Below are positions 14,152 through 27,400 of a stretch of DNA of 64,000 bases, one piece after another. This DNA is from Ylistrum balloti. Lineage: Eukaryota. The notes under the pieces are model-generated. The model did not search any database. It saw only the letters and a program-made list of their open reading frames with translations, and was not told where the DNA came from. The translations under genes were made by a program, and so were the position numbers. Each line of letters starts with the position of its first letter. Within the stretch, counting starts at the first letter, position 1. The stretch spans positions 1,612,001-1,676,000 of the forward strand of contig NW_026781904.1 of the NCBI RefSeq assembly GCF_031769215.1, read 5' to 3'.

Positions 14152-15395
14152 CTAATAATAACCCTAAAGCCAAGGACATTTGCTAGACCAACCACCTCGA
14201 GCAAATAAAGAATGTATAATAATATCACAAACAGTGCTTATCGATATATAAACTCGTTAAACTGTAATTTGCTGTAAGCAAGCGCTTGACCTTTGTTGCT
14301 CTCCTGGAGAAATGATGACTTGGAGACGGACATCAATCATTGTGATCAACAAGCCGTATGGTATTGTTAATATATTCCCAGCTGTTCCTCAACCAGTTTC
14401 CAGTAAAAATAACTTACATCGGTTATGTGCTTTCATCAATTATGATTTTTTTTTTACTTTTTTTTAATTGAGAACAGTCACTATAGCAATGGTCATATTG
14501 AAGGGTGTCTCATTAAGCATATTTTTCGTATTGCTATTGTCATAGAATCATTCAAACCGTCTATAAAAGGTGCATATATACGTCTTAGAATGAAACCAAT
14601 TACATCTAACGCAGAAGAGTGCCGTAGTCGTTTTTGAAATATCCTTTTTAGAAATACTAATGTGTAAAATGGTAAAGAATACCATACGAGATGTTTTGGA
14701 ATAAACATGAGCAGAATGATTTTCTACCACATAAAGTGGGATTTACTCAGCTCAAAAGACATCAGTTGATAATTCCAGTTGTATAAATATACAAGTTAAA
14801 TAACATGTGGTGTACCATTTTGACGTGTTTTGATTGGATGACAGGTAAAGGACTTTGACCGAAATGGCTCTTCGCGCACTCATAGAAATTAGAGCCGGCA
14901 ATAAGTAGTTAACGATTGTTTTTGCAATAATTTGTTTTCATTTGTTTTTCTTTTTCCTATTAATTTGTTTAATTTGTTGCTATAATTTGTAGCGAGTTTT
15001 AATACCTCTCCAAGTTATTATGAAGACGTCAATGTTGCATATTATTACATGTTATAATTATTACGGTCCACCTGATGAATTGACAAAACACGTGTTTGTT
15101 AAATATCGTATTTCCTTCACTCGTGTTAAAGGATCCATTTGTTTTTTAATTGTTAAAAAAATTACAAACTCGGACGAAAGACAGACACTCGTATGGTAGC
15201 ATATATACTAGTGAAAATATAATGCAAGTTTTTTAGTTATTGCATGATACAATGATGAATAGTTGATTGTTTGGGTTTTTTTTATTATTTCGTCATCGTA
15301 TTTCATATACTGTGATAATTTTTGTTGTCCTATCCAGACAGCGTTTGTGTAAATAGCATAAAACAGGGGTACCCTCCTCCGTTCCCTGACCCAAA

Positions 15396-16371
15396 TCAGC
15401 AGTGTGCGTACACATCCTTGTTTCAGTCGCTGCTCTTACTCACCTTAATTTTGACTCTATCAAGGTTGTTTATTGTCCTTTGAGGGATATTATTCAACTC
15501 CTGAATAAGGGCCTGTGTGAGTTGAGTGACGTTCTATAGGACGTTGCGCGCTTCCTAACCACCCTGTCCAGCTCGTTCAACAAATGACTGATTGGCGAAA
15601 AATCTGGACTGTATGTTTGACAGGGACATTGTTTTAAGAAGAAAGCCAAGACAAACCCTAGCAAAATGTGGCCCGCGTTTCCCTACTACAACGAAGGTTT
15701 TGTTGATGGATAAGAGGAAGGACGTGTGTTCTCAAGACCTGAACCCGATATGTGACTTCTGTGAGATTGTCATGGATTTTCACATCTCGATATATCCCTG
15801 CCCATACCATAACAGACCCTCCGCCGAATCTGCCGCTTTCTGTTACGCAAGCGTCAGAAAATCGCTCACCACTACGTCGATAGACACGTTGTCGTCCATC
15901 TGACCTGTAAAGCGTGGAACGAGATTTGTCCGTGAACAACACGCGTTCCCAATGGACCAAACGGAACCAAATAAATGCATGTGCAAGCAGCCACTGCTTA
16001 CGATGTTGGCCTCTGCGTAAGTGGTGGACTATCACAGGGACGTTGTGGCCTTAAATGAAATCCCGCAACCAATTTCTAACAATTCTTGGACACACCGGCC
16101 GACCATGAGTACCGACAACTTGGGGCGACATACCCGTCGCTGTCTGACATCAGTTACGGAGGTGCGACAGACAGACATCTATCTTCACGTCGTGACGTAA
16201 CGCGCATGCGTCCGCTCCCAAACTCCCTGAGGCTCTGAGACGCCCAACTAAAAGGGTAATTGTTGTCTCATTACATTATTACTTTACATTACATTGCTGG
16301 ACTACATGACGTTGCGAATGTCATTGCATTATCGGAGCAATAACCTTATCGGCTTCATACAGTCGCGTCAT
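15396..16371 (-). mobile_element. Decayed Tc1/mariner (DD34E-type) transposase with multiple frameshifts and stops
   Basis: WERVLFTDKSR..RSDGRQRVYRRSGERFSDACV..RFGGGSVMVWAGI is a typical Tc1 segment. Upstream frames give MTRL.. (ATG at 16371), VTSRREDR and VRNWLRD. Downstream frames give YSPDFSPISHLLNELDR and QLTQALIQELNNIPQRTINNL. No clear TIRs found. Confidence 0.9.
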
Positions 16372-17487
16372 TTCGTTCTACAATTGCTTCGAAAAGAAAT
16401 GATGTGCAATTTATCTGTAAGGTTCCTATGTTCGATTTGTAATGATTTACCAGCAAATATGGTGCAGGACCCTAGATACACAATTTCTTTAAAAAAATCG
16501 GCTGAAAGCGGGGTCAAGGTCGGCTGAATTTTAACTGAAGAACATTTTCACAGTGCACGGAGGTAGCTCCACGTGTCTAAAAGTTATAATACAAAACCCG
16601 AACTTGTGTTTTTTTTTTATTTCCGCTGGCACAAATAGGCCTATAATAAAGAAATCGATGCGTTATGTTTATGAAACGAGGATGATTAGCTTATGGACTA
16701 TATATAGATCGGTCGATTGGGCTAGAAGGCCAGGTTTGTTTTGAGTTTGATGTCTCCAATTTTTAACAACAAAAACACTTTTTAGTACACATGTTTTCTA
16801 ATCACTAATTAACTCGTCTAATCTAAAGATACTATCTCTGTCTGCTTGTCATCTGCTTGATTAATTGAAATTGCAAAGGTAGAATTTGTATTTAAATTTT
16901 CTTTCCTAGAATTGAGGTTACAACATAATTCACATGTGTCTTTACAAGTTTAATCTATGGATATGAAAAAGAAAATTTTGGTTAAAGAACCATTTCGTCG
17001 ATGCTTAGAACTTATCATCTATGAGTTTTTATGTCACCAAAAACTCATACGTTATCTACAAATGCACTAAATATCAAACGATCTATTAACGTAGAGGCGG
17101 TTATTGGTAGAGTAACGACATGCAGACCTATCTGCATGAACGATATGACCATACTTATCCATAACGCTTAATGCCAATGATGCAAAATCTAATTTCTGCT
17201 CCATCCATCTTTATCTACAGTAGGTTTTAATGTGTTAATTTACCAGTACTGCGTACATAGCACTTGCGATGAGTGGATAAGGCGTTACAAAAATAAATTT
17301 TGTTGCTTCCTACATCATCTAATGCGGAAAGGTGTGACACGAAAAGTTCGCGGACGATTCTATCGTTAAAACAAATTGCTGATTTGAAGCTGGTCACTTA
17401 GACGAGTTGTGATAAAGATTATGTCCTGTGAAAAGAAAGTGTATAATATGTTTGTGTAAAGTACATACTAACGCCATATCAAATCAC

Positions 17488-17719
17488 CTACATGGATACA
17501 TGAGGGAAGGGGAAAGGATGGAAGCTCATATACTTACAGTAGCGAATTGATCACAGATAAGGTAATGAAAATAGTGATGTACCTAGCCCGACAAAAGTAA
17601 ATCGTCTACATGGATACAGGAGGGAAGTGGAAAGGATGACAGCGTCATATAGTTATTGTAGCGAATTTACCACAGATAGAGTAATGAAAATAGCGTTGTA
17701 CCTAACCCGACAAAATAAG
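17488..17719. repeat. Diverged tandem duplication, 118-bp period, 2 copies
   Basis: ctacatggataca(t/g)gagggaag...cccgacaaaa starts at 17488 and again at 17606. Confidence 0.9.
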
Positions 17720-17960
17720 TCTTGAAGCCGTCAAAGCGCCCTACTGGTCACGTGAGCTCTATAAAAACTGTCGTTTCGATCGTTAAGAAAGCAAGAAAAC
17801 ATAAAATACATTTTTGAAGTTGTTTACGGACGCTCGACGGACAAAAGACGATTGCAATAGACATAAGTCGGTATTCCCTTTTCTGACCGTAGATACTACG
17901 TTGACAACACTTGGACTGGCGCGACGGCATGTTCTAACACCAACGTTTCAACAAATACAT

Positions 17961-18206
17961 TGAGAAAATACAAGCATGTCAACATGGTTATTATCAATTA
18001 CAATTCCATGAACCTTCGGCAAAATATTAACAAACTATTTACACGGAAACTTCCGAAAAGTGCAAGGAGAGAAAAGACCAGGCGTTCCAGAATAGTAAGC
18101 GTCTGTTGCTTCATCAAGGAAATCCGCCGTGTAAATATTGGTGATTCCCAACAAGAGTTCTAAAATGAGCACAAGGTACACACCAACGGAACCAGCAAAG
18201 AGACAG
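17961..18206 (-). mobile_element. Interspersed family, copy 5
   Basis: aagaccaggcgttccagaatagtaagcgtctgttgcttcatc, flanked by the family tail and head. Confidence 0.85.
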
Positions 18207-19313
18207 AAAATAGAATATAACAACAGGTAGTGTCTTCAGCGACACAGAACAAGTAACATCTATTTAAAATAGAATTACTTAATATTTAGATATCGTAGCT
18301 ATACTGATAACCTTATTTGTATTTTGAGATTGATCTATAAAATATGCAAATTTATGCATAACTTCTATCTCTGCTGCTTCTATGCACGTGTTAAACATGC
18401 CTATTCACATATGCGTGGTTCTTCCATGGTTTATTAAAAACTCAATTAGTGATATCTTTAGCAAATTTGGAAATTGTTTTCAAACCTTTGTAATGTAGAA
18501 AAACGTTTAGTTATAGTCTTCATTCTGTAACATTATGTATGGAATTTTTGATAATGAACTCCATGGTCCTATACCGTTATTCCAGGGTTGTGTAAGTTTA
18601 TACTTTTTTTTTAATATTACATAACTCTTTGTGAATGCTCAGATCGATAATTTGAATGTCTTCGTGTTTATTGACTATTTGTCAGCTTCAAGCTAACGGC
18701 AATTTGCTACTCACGTCTATCTGATGTGATTCTACTTTAAAACACTGCATCTAAAACATCAAAGGAACATGTACATGCCTAGGCTTTTGCAGTTATTTAT
18801 TTGTCATTACAAGTCTTTTTTAAAAAAAAAAAAAAAAGATACAGTTCCTATGAATACCTTGGTACATATACAAAAATGTCGAGATGATTTATCTTTATTG
18901 ACAAAGTGTTTGTGGCTTTCCAATTGTACTGTCATATAAGGAATGAAGATTTAACCATTTCCTAGGTCATCACTTCAACCTGACAGGAGCTTTAAACAGG
19001 ATGTGACCTCAATTCGGTTTTCGAATGAAGAGAGGGGGGTGCCTGATTAACGTTTGTCACGGAATAAAGTCATCTTACTTATAAAAAAATGAGCACAGAA
19101 AAAATAAACAAGTGAAAAAGAGACAATAAAGGGAAGCAGCATTATTCCATGCTTTTAGCCTTCCGATATCATGTTTACAAAAGATCCTTTGTCTTCGGGG
19201 ATAAATAATTTTTTTTTCAATAAAAGTTACGTGCGAGTAGCAGGTAAATTGTGTAAATGATGAAGTTGGATCATCAACTGTTATAATAGGAAAAATCAGG
19301 ACTCGGTGAACGG

Positions 19314-19430
19314 TTGAACAAAATAGACATTAACATGAATACTCCTGTAAAAGTACAAGTAGAATAAGACCAGGTGTTCTGGAAAAGTAAGCATTTCATA
19401 GACGACACTCGCCATGTAAATCTTGATCTA
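19314..19430 (-). mobile_element. Interspersed family, copy 6 (partial)
   Basis: gaataagaccaggtgttctggaaaagtaagcatttcatagacgacactcgccatgtaaatcttgatc. Confidence 0.85.
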
Positions 19431-22400
19431 CAGAGGGAACAGGATATTCCCAAATTAGCGCCTCGCAAAACAATGTGTTGGGAGTTTTGCATCTGCGAAT
19501 GTCTTACACAATAATCGTGATATTACTTAATATTCAGAGCACGACATAAAGCCGTGATAAAAAGCGAATTAAATATAACAAAAGCAGGCAACACATTAAC
19601 TTGTTGTCATGAAGAAAACACCAGTGTATGGAAACGTATAGCTACAATCTGGTCCAAATGAATCTGGAGGAAAGGGGCGAGAACCGGTTTTGTTAGTATA
19701 GTACTATGCGGTAATATCTAAATGGCTCCTTCTGATATAATTGGGTGGAGGTTTTGCTATTGTGTCGAGATAATATCCATTGTGTTCGCATTTCGAATTT
19801 TTTTCAAATCGCGCAACGTGAGGGCGCAATGTTAACACCATGTTGATACTTCATGGGCTACATTCACTACAACCTCGATACTCCAGGGGTTACAATCACA
19901 CTCGCTTTCTGTACCCATGTCATAGCAAAATTGAAAACACAAGTAATTTGATTGGTTCTAGGAGAAAAAACTGACCCATCACAGGTTGATATGTTCCTTT
20001 AGAAGATTACAACGGCGCCACACCCAACTTCAAAGTCGTTACAACATACCGTTATGCTACCTTATTGGAACCTTCAATGTTGCCATGACATGTTGCATGG
20101 GTGCAGAGAGTGAAATTGCTCATAAATCTTGGAGTATCGAGGATGTATCAGTGCACAAAACACTGATATTGACAAACTGCAGTGCTTTAAAGATGCAATT
20201 AATGACAGGAAGTAAAACTTCTAAATTCTTACATTTGGTGTGGTGATGATATTGATAGATTAGATGTCAGAAAGTGATTTGAAAAAAAAAATGAAATGAA
20301 ATAAATATGTTGCTGCACATCTATCTAAACATATTTTTGCTAATTATTCTTTTATCCCTTTTAATGCTTGTGAACAACAGATTTCTTTGGTATTATTCGT
20401 GAGATTATTCTTTCTGTCATTAAAATGTGACAGACTGGTAATGCAGTAATAAGAATGTTTATATGTGATTTTATCAGATAAAAAAACATGCATGGCAACC
20501 ACAAAAGTTGTAAAGAATGACTTCAATCAAATATTTGAATTTTTTGCCCTTTATTTTTTTTTTAAATATTTATTTTTGATAGCAACTAAATAAGATATTA
20601 TATATATATGTATCATTTCATGATTAAGAAATGGGTTGCACTGTGCTCTATCTTTAAAATAGTTACTAAAAAAATCATTTTTGTTAAGATCAAGAAACAA
20701 AAAAAGTCCATAAGCAAAACATCAAATAAAGCGCTACAATTACACATTTCAGTGCAACCATTGTATTAAAAAGTATTTAAAAGATAAATTGTCGCGAATT
20801 ATGTTCTGGTCATTTGTTTCCTACTTTCGGTTAAACTTTTATCATACTTGATAATAGGCTTTAAAGTTCTTGTAGGAGGTAAGGTCATATGCGAACAGTG
20901 TCCACAGACGATGAGCTGCTCACTGATAACGTTTTGTAGTGTTATCACACTGAAATGTCAAAACTGACATAGAAGGTTACCAGTCAAACAGTACAGACAC
21001 CGTGATATCAAGTTCCCACCGTAATCCCATTCGAGCTGAAGGTCAAGAAGATAACATTTTTGGCCTTCAGTTTGGTTTGTTTTCGTTCAAGCTTTGGTTA
21101 AATTTCCGATATTTTTCAATTGTGCTGTCGACAGCTGTAGCTATTTAAGGAAGACGGTCTACCTATGTATGTGAAGTGAGTTTCTATACTGTGTACGGCT
21201 GTTTTAGGCCGCGGTATATTCATAGAAGTCTCCTTTGTGATAGTGCAGAAATGAACTGCTACATCACTGCAGTATACTGCCAAAAGATTTCAAAAATACT
21301 ACCAACCTGATCGCGTTATACCGACAAACCATTCGTAGCACCATAATAGGAAGGGTTACGTAAGACTTAGTTACTACCAGTCTTTAGACTATTTATAGAC
21401 TCGGTCAAAGGGCAGAACCCAAAGGCTTAAAGGCGTGGGAGGACACATATCATTAAGGCAGAAAGCAACGCTTTCTAAAGTTATTAACACAGACACGTTT
21501 ATTCGGAGGAAAACTCATTTCCACATGCCTTACCTGGAGGGCATCTTTAAAACTGTAAAGATATCATTCAGAATTTATGGACAAATTGCTCCTTTGGGAA
21601 AAAATCAAAACAGCAAATGATATTTCTAAAGGGACAATATCATTTTGTATACAATTAGTTCTAACGTAAGTAAAAGGTTTCTTATCAAAGATCGGAACCG
21701 CCCGTAATTATGGACACCAGCCCCGAGAAATCGATATGTCGATGGCTATAATCGCTACCACAGGCAAATATATGGAATGATTTTATTACGATAAAGCGGC
21801 TTTGTCAGGTTCCAGGTTTAGCAACAAAGATACAGTACAATGATTAGAAAAGTAATTATTTTTAACATCTTTATAAGTTTTCCTTGTAGTTTACCAACAA
21901 CTGTGTGAAAATATAAAAAAGACAAGAGTGTTATATTGTTATGTATTGGAATACGATTTAGAAAAGACATTCAGTACAATATATGCTCGTTTCACGTTTT
22001 CGTATATTTTATAACTTACCAAAATACGAAGTGAAGTCGACATGCTGTGTAGAAATCCTAACAAAAGCAATGTCTAGTGTCATCAAGTTGTGAAGCACAT
22101 ATTTTTTATCAAGTGTAAAAACACGGATATGTAGTATGTTGTTATTTTGAGCATAAAATCATCAGTACATGCGAAGGCAATATTAATGAAGACAAATCTA
22201 TTCGTGTAAAATTAATTATTGAAGGCGACATAATTGCATTTTGCATGTAACTTTAAAGTGAGATTGCTATATAGTAGGTACATTTTCTTAATGTCAATAG
22301 ATGTATGCTGACAATAAATATTATACTGCTGGCGAGTGTCGGTTGTGTAGTCAATATAAAGTAAGGTAGTTGTTACTGTAAACTCGCCGCCATCTTGATC

Positions 22401-23734
22401 AAAAAGGATAATTATTGGCAATCAACATGTTCAAATACAATTATCAGTCGTTATTGACAAATTTTTCAAACGATCAAATTAACACCAATTTATATCTTTA
22501 AAAACATAAAAAGCAATGAAAAGGAATGAAATGTTTTATGATACAGCAAAGGAAAACAAGACAAGGTGTCACGAATTCTCGGAAGTTTTTTAAATACAAA
22601 CTAAATTCATTGGTATTGTTTCATTTTTAACGTTTTCAGGTCACTTGAAATGAGATTCATTTACACACACTTAAAAACTTTGATATTATTGAAGATCAGA
22701 GACAGTTGTGGAAAAAAAACTTTAAAAAACGATTATAGCAATTTCAGCAGTTCTTGTCAAGAATTTTGCTGTTGTCTTATATACAATCCCATACGTAAAC
22801 GCGGATATAATTTGGACAGTTTATATAAAAATATTTGAGACATAATCTATACAACATATTTCAACCGTAGAAGTCAAATCAAATGAGTGTTCTTATGGAT
22901 CTAATTATTTCCTTTATTGTTTTATGCCTATGAACTTTGAAAATACTAATCATGACCTGCAATTAAACCGGCATTTTTCTACAGAGACTCCGTGGCCAAT
23001 GGAAGGGCAGCAAACTTAAAACAAAAGAGTGATTGATGGCTATTTCATCAATGTTTTTCATGGACATATATTAAAGGGGTAGAATCCTGTGATGGTCGGA
23101 ATTCAGTACTATAGAAACATGTATCGTGATAAAATGTTATTTTGAAAAAGCGTATATGTGCCTCTATAAGCAAACGAATATTCCTCGTGATAAGTTTCTG
23201 GTATCAGTTAGAAAATTGACCTTCACGTCGGCTCTCCACAGAAGCTCATATACGAAATGTAAATCATTGATGATATTCCAAAGGGTAATTAATATCAAAA
23301 TACCTTTTGTTATAAAAATGGGTGGTAATCAACAAAGCAGTTGACTGAATCATACATAACATCAGTCTGAGCCTAAATAACAATCGAACACAATAGCTAT
23401 CTAAATAGAGTATCGGGGAGGGTAGAAGATCACAGGGTTACCTACATGTAGACTTGGATGCACGCCAGATGAATCGTGCATGTTGCATCAGTTTCAAAGA
23501 TTGCAGACAAAGAAGAATCGCGCCGTTTCCTTAGTGAAGACCATGAGATAAGGAGCAAAGTTTGGATGAGAAAAAAAGGAGAAAATTGCGTCCTCTTAGA
23601 GATAGCAATCATTATCACAAGGAAATCGCGAAAAGAGGCAGATACTGGAGCTTAATGATTTGTTCTTTGTTTCGATTCTGGAAATTTTAAGGCATTATAC
23701 ACATCTGACACAGTTAAGGTGTGGTATATAGTTA

Positions 23735-23895
23735 CCACTTTGTCTGTGCGTCTTAGCGTGTGTTCGTCCGTTCAGAACTTCTATATGATATGTTCGAGTT
23801 TTATTCAGTCAGATTCACGCCATTACGTTACACTATCAGGCACATATAATTAGGATAGGTCAAGTTTAAAATTCAGAGATCATTCTTGACCACTT
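23735..23895 (+). mobile_element. Fragment of a HINE/Helitron-N-like element
   Basis: Degenerate gtctgt/gtccgt microsatellite followed by a ggtcaagttt...ttgacc core-like segment. Confidence 0.4.
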
Positions 23896-23898
23896 TAA

Positions 23899-24148
23899 AA
23901 AACAAGAGAATCGATTAAATCAATGGATGGTCGCCAAATAAACGCCAGTTCCAAAATGATTATGCAAAAGAGAGTTTTGGTTCTTGTACACTGCACTTCT
24001 CGTTATCGGGATCTATCTACCTACGAAGTTTTATGTTAATACTCCTTACAGTTTTTGTGATATGCTCCTAGCAAAATAATGACGGACAGACAGATGGATG
24101 GCCGGACAAATGTCCAAACAAACGGACGGACGGTCGAAGCGGCGACCA
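23899..24148 (-). mobile_element. HINE/Helentron-associated non-autonomous element
   Basis: gttcttgtacactgcacttctc..gatctatctacctacgaagtttt..atgctcc..gacggacagacag(GGAC)n..gcggcgac is the reverse orientation of the element at 46322. Confidence 0.7.
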
Positions 24149-24242
24149 GTTGGTTTCTTTTGGTAGCATAAAAAAGTGAACAAGATGTACCTAATGAACA
24201 TTTCCACAAATTAAGTACTAATTCAAACCGCAAGTTAGTTAC

Positions 24243-24446
24243 ATTGTCTTACACCTAGTTCTCGTTTGAGAACGTGAAATTACTTACTTGGATTGACCAT
24301 GATTTACATGATGGGTGTCGTCGATGAAGCAGAAGATGCTTACTCTTTCTGAGCATCTGGTCTTTGTCTCCCTTTGTTTATGCTTTGTCCTACTTTTATT
24401 CACTGTATTTTGGATTATGATTATGTTAACATGTTAGTATTTTCTT
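24243..24446 (+). mobile_element. Interspersed family, copy 7
   Basis: tttgagaacgtgaaattacttacttggattgaccatgatttacatgatgggtgtcgtcgatgaagcagaagatgcttactc, followed by the tail. Confidence 0.9.
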
Positions 24447-27400
24447 TATTTCTATATATTTATAGATTATTGTGATCATGGGTCACCGTCAATGGTCGTT
24501 CTTGTACTAATTTAAAATAACAAAACATGTGAATAATATATCTCATGAACCTCTGTTCACCTCATTTGTAATGTTTTCAACAAATTGTACTTCAGGTGAT
24601 CTTTATCATGCCTCAGCGCAGTACCTTTATCAAAATGTTCCAAATTTGATCTTTGAAATTTCCTCCAAAACTCCCTCAAGCCGCTCTTGTTCTACGACTG
24701 ATACAAAATATCAAAAATTTGGCAAAGAGCTTAAAGAAATAACGTGCCTTTAAAATTCTTATTATGTAGTCCGAATTAAATTTTTTTGTTTATTATATGA
24801 TTGTGCTAAAAAGATCAACGAAAAGCGGCAAATAAAAAGTCTTTAGATAACTGAAATGTAATGTAGTTAACTAGGTCTGAAAGGTCTAAATCATCCTCGC
24901 TTTATTGAAATTTTGTGCGAGTTCATACATTGCATTATGATAACACAAAGAGAAAATAGCACAAATAGCATTTCGCTGTGAAAACCTGTTTCAAACACCA
25001 ATACCAATGACATAATAACGGGTGACTTAAGTATACCTATTAAAGAAGACAGACTACTCACAATCATGTCAGAACGATCTATTTCTGTGAAGTTCTAAAT
25101 ATAATGCGTATTATCTGATTGAAGTCAGAACATTGGGGTAGCAGTGGAATCGTACAACAAGCATTGAAAGTTTAATGTCATTATTGATTTAGTTAAGATT
25201 AATTTCCACCTCAGGGTGTTGTGTTCCTTCATCACCAGACGTAGAGCTATCAACAAGACAAGAGGGTGACCATCCCATTGAAATCCTACAATGAAACTTA
25301 TGGCCTTAACATGAATTGCAATTTATGTCGGTACAAATTGGTCTGGATGAGTAAACCCGGTGTTAGTGCTAGAGTATTGTATGCCGGAGACAGAGTTGGA
25401 GAGATCTGCACTCAGTTACCACATGTGTGATGGTTATGTGTCAACAAAAATGGAGAAACCAATTATTTTTTCTGCCTTAAGGTTCCATACACCGTATTCA
25501 GACATTTTCTTACATAATGGTGTAGATAATGATGTAGATAAGTTATTCTACCTTATTAATAAAGAGATACACCAGTCCCTATTTACAAAGTGACTGTCAA
25601 ATCTGCGTGCGTTTTGATGTCACTCATTGTGCTGAATTTGCCAGGTTTAATTACTAACAAAATCACTCAGAAAAAGACAAACAGAAGAAGAAAAAGAAAC
25701 ATTTATATCCATTCCATACATTTAATAAACACTATTTTTAAAACTTTCTCCTGCACTCAGTGGCAGTCTGCATAAAACTTCCCGAAACATGATATGTTAT
25801 TTCATTCGATGAAAGAAATTTGCCTGTGTTTAAATAATTCTGAACCGCGACTATAATATTGTGTTTTACTGGAGACATTTAGACAAGGATTACTAGACTT
25901 AGAGTCAATGTGACTTCTATCCAATAGTTGCAATTTCGTTAGGAAACGGACCGTTTCGTTGGCGTGACTAATACTCTCGGGTGTTCCTGTCGGAAGTTGA
26001 TGGATAGCCAAACTGACTTTTTCCCAATCAACCTGCCTTCACTGTGTCGCCGTTATAAAGCTGGATCAGGAGAGGTTAATATTGGACACACGCATGGTTT
26101 ACCTCATGCATTTAAGCCTCCAGCTTAACAGTGAATTTTGCTGATGTAGAAGCTAATTGATCTCCCAAAAGATTCGTGGAATCGCATAGGCGATGATGTA
26201 ATATTGGCAATTTACTAGTTACTTAATGAAACCCCTAGTTTTACCAGGTACATAGCGTATATATGTTAAACTGAAATTGTTGATGACAGTAAGAAGGGAG
26301 GGTCGCTGTATCTAGTGCTATATAAAAGTGTGATCAGGATTGCTTCCCTTTACAGACCCTTAAACACAATCAATAAAATTACTCCTTTCTACCTCCCGCT
26401 AAACATCCACCTTTTAACAAGTTAGCAGTAAGGACTAGTTAAACCATTTACAGTATAATATGCTTTATTGTGCTACCGTGTGCAGGTATTGCTATTCCAG
26501 TGTGATGGCGCTATAAAGGTTTCTTTGGGTGTCTGTATAATCTGTGGACACTATAACCTTGTATTCGAGTTAACAGACGGCGTTTGCAGCATAGTGTCTT
26601 TCCCGGTAAATTGGTCTATCCAGATTTAGTGTCAATCCCAGAAATCAGCACTTAGGATCTATGTTTCTGTTGTTAAATTCAGTTTGCGTTTTAGTTTCCA
26701 ATTTTTTTTGTGTCCCATTAAAAAGTTCAGATTTTGATAAGTACAAAGTAGTTTCGGTGTTGAAAGGTAACTTATCGTAACAAAACATTTACTGGCTTTA
26801 TGGAAGAGATTTTTATCACAAACAGGCTTATTTATTGTTCATGTAATGGTAAAATAGAATTATTTTGTTTCGTTATTCGATTTGTTTTATTGCAGGAGAA
26901 GGAAATGACATTGTAACTGAATTTGCACCATGAGAAATTCCCCAGGATGTATTGAAACTATCAACAAGACCTATCCCGGAGTTAAATCAGGTGTGATATG
27001 CGTTTGTAGTTATTCTGATTTAAAAAAAACCAAAACAATATTCCACTAGAGAATATACTGTTCTACGACCGAACATAAGCTATGACTTTTATGTGCTACT
27101 AAGTCTAATGATATTACATTTGGCAATGATACATTACGCCAACATTTCCTAGTCAGCAATGTCACAGCACTCACCGACGACATATTAAAATTGTTCATCA
27201 CCCAACAGGAAATAAAGGACAAAACGACCTTCTGAAATGGCAAACTAACTCACCATTTCGACCTTGAATAGCAATATCACCAAAATTGATATATCTATTG
27301 GACGAGGGGAGATGACGGAGATGACATCTCGCATTTAGCAGAGGCTAATAAGAAATCGGGATGTTCGATAGAATTATATTAGGAATAGAAAGGCTAAGAA

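Noticed and set aside
24311-24362. SECIS element in the repeat core (AUGA...GA)
   Set aside because: The upper stem is only about 5-7 bp, the apical loop lacks the AA motif, and there is no associated UGA-containing ORF.
25330-25593. Kinase-like VLVLEYC ... IFSALRF segment
   Set aside because: No HRD/DFG or other catalytic motifs, and an in-frame stop lies upstream. The resemblance is too short.
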